A program made the translations under genes and the position numbers. Shown one piece after another: positions 62,272 to 64,000 of a DNA stretch of 64,000 nt. This stretch comes from Marsupella aquatica (Eukaryota; Plantae; Marchantiophyta), in NCBI GenBank assembly GCA_973895155.1, contig OZ316892.1, positions 28,358,307 through 28,422,306 on the forward strand, in the 5' to 3' direction. Below the pieces are notes generated by a model, which saw only the letters and a list, made by a program, of their open reading frames with translations, did not search any database and was not told the origin of the DNA. How positions within the stretch are numbered: position 1 is the first letter of the stretch; the number at the start of each line of letters is the position of its first letter.

Positions 62272-64000
62272 GCAGATATGCAGGCCCATCTTGGGTGAGG
62301 ATATTGCAAAGGGCCCTCTGTAAATTGCAGGCCATTGGGCTTGTACCTGCACAACGCTGCCTGCACTGCCCCTACGTAGCTCCTAGTGTTCGCACCTAGA
62401 AGAAGACATGTAACGCGATTTTTTCAACTCCACAGCAAAGAGAACAACTGAAGAGGATCTTTTGCACAGCAAGCTTCTGAACTAAACCCTTCATAACGTG
62501 CCAGAGCGGATGTCTTAAGTCAGGTATTTAGTATAGTGTGCTTGGACTAAAGCAGCTCCATGAAGGCTGTGTTTGACGGGCCATTTTGAGCATTTTATTC
62601 CACTGCGAAAGATGTCAATGGGATCCTGTATTCATGTCAATTAGTGTAACGCTTGTCTGGAGCAGCAATTCTTTCCACTGGTCTCTTCTGTGTGGGTTGA
62701 GTGGCTATGTCGTCGACACAAGGTCATTATTACCCTTAAAACAGTTAGTTGGCAAGTCATTTTCTGAATGCACTTGTCCACGTTATATCCTGATTAGGTC
62801 TGGTCGTTCCCCGTTTTGAACAGAACTTGTGCGCTTGGACACTGGTACTTTCAATCATGGACCAGAGAGAAATATGCAGCGCGCTATGGTCTTTTGAAGT
62901 ACACGGGTGACGGAAGTTTGTTGGAATCTGGAAGGTTGCTATCTCTGTTTCTGTGAGCCCTTTACTCTCAAGATAGATTACAGAAACGGTAATATGACAT
63001 GATCGGAAGTGAACTGGCTTGGGAGGTGTTGGGTGATTGCTGCTGTAAGTAAGGAATTTTTGGTACTCTACGCTTTGAGGATAGGCTTGGTCATTGAATT
63101 CACTCAAAAGATAGTCCGCAATTGCTGTATGTAGCTTTAAACAGTAATGTGCTTAAAATTATGCGCAGATGTAAATTTATCGTATGCCTTGGTGTCAGTT
63201 TGCATGATATCTTGGAAGTTCCCCTGGGTGCCGTTTCGCTTGGCAGTCATAAATTTGCATGTATCCAAATTCGCCAAACAATGCACCATGTTTTGATGCA
63301 TGAACGGAGAACTGAACCATGAAAAAGTGGGATGTGTGGGCCTCGTGTGCGAAATGGACCTGTTCTAGGCCAGATAAATTGTACGAGCTCGTATTCGAAT
63401 GTGAAATTTCGGTTGTTTGAGAAATGGAACATAATGTGACATTTGTAAAGCTTGATTGCAATCAGGATTTTATGCATGGAGCACACCTAAGCTAGGAGTG
63501 GAACGTTGATTTAAGCTTGGACGTCCACTACGGGTACTCGTGTGAAAAATTGTAAAGGAATTTTTTAATGACATTTCGTATTAGCGTAGTAATCAACAGC
63601 CCCCTGCAAACCAATCGCTCTATATCAGGTGTTAGTACTTTCCAATTGCGGAAGCCAATTCAACGCTTGCTATTGACACCGTCTCATCACTGAAAGTATC
63701 TTCACGTCAGTGCTGTACTCTGTGTTTCGTGCTCGACATCACACCCACGAATTCATTAATAGCTGTGAGTAATCTAGTCAACGCGTGTCAATAGTTTGGC
63801 GTGTTTCCCAGCCTACTGCCCCATGTCATGTAATTTTACTTTAATTAAGACGCACCTACCTCATATCTGGAGAAACTCATCGGGAGGCTCACGAACTATG
63901 GAGATCGTGCAACGTGCAAGAAGTGAAACAACACAAATGGAAAGTACCACTGAAGTGCAGGAAACAACTGGACCACTAGAAAAACGGCAACGATTAAGTC

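Overview
Land-plant nuclear DNA, probably a bryophyte or liverwort (inferred from gene style). (1) 1-5.8 kb: degenerate Ty1/copia retrotransposon (Bianca-like) with PPT and a short 3' LTR. (2) 6.3-8.2 kb: purine-rich tandem array with a ~120-bp unit. (3) 9.5-21.0 kb: an 11-exon gene that I could splice by hand into one frame of ~3011 aa. It encodes a Q/S-rich protein of the plant 'dentin sialophosphoprotein-like' family with two internal peptide repeat arrays. (4) 21.9-55 kb: a repeatedly duplicated accessory block built on a divergently oriented F-box gene / SET-domain gene cassette. It holds 2 intact F-box genes, 1 apparently intact SET gene, 2 SET pseudogenes, and one cassette copy with both coding regions deleted. 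It also contains an inverted duplication (hairpin) of a SET pseudogene, captured fragments of the neighbouring gene, a SINE and solo LTRs. (5) 59.1-62.3 kb: a 4-exon MA3-domain (PDCD4/MRF/ECIP1-like) gene. The best candidate for a new system is the F-box/SET cassette with its own hairpin. Its architecture resembles a genetic-conflict locus (toxin-antidote plus small-RNA suppressor), but that function is a hypothesis only. All alignments were done by eye.
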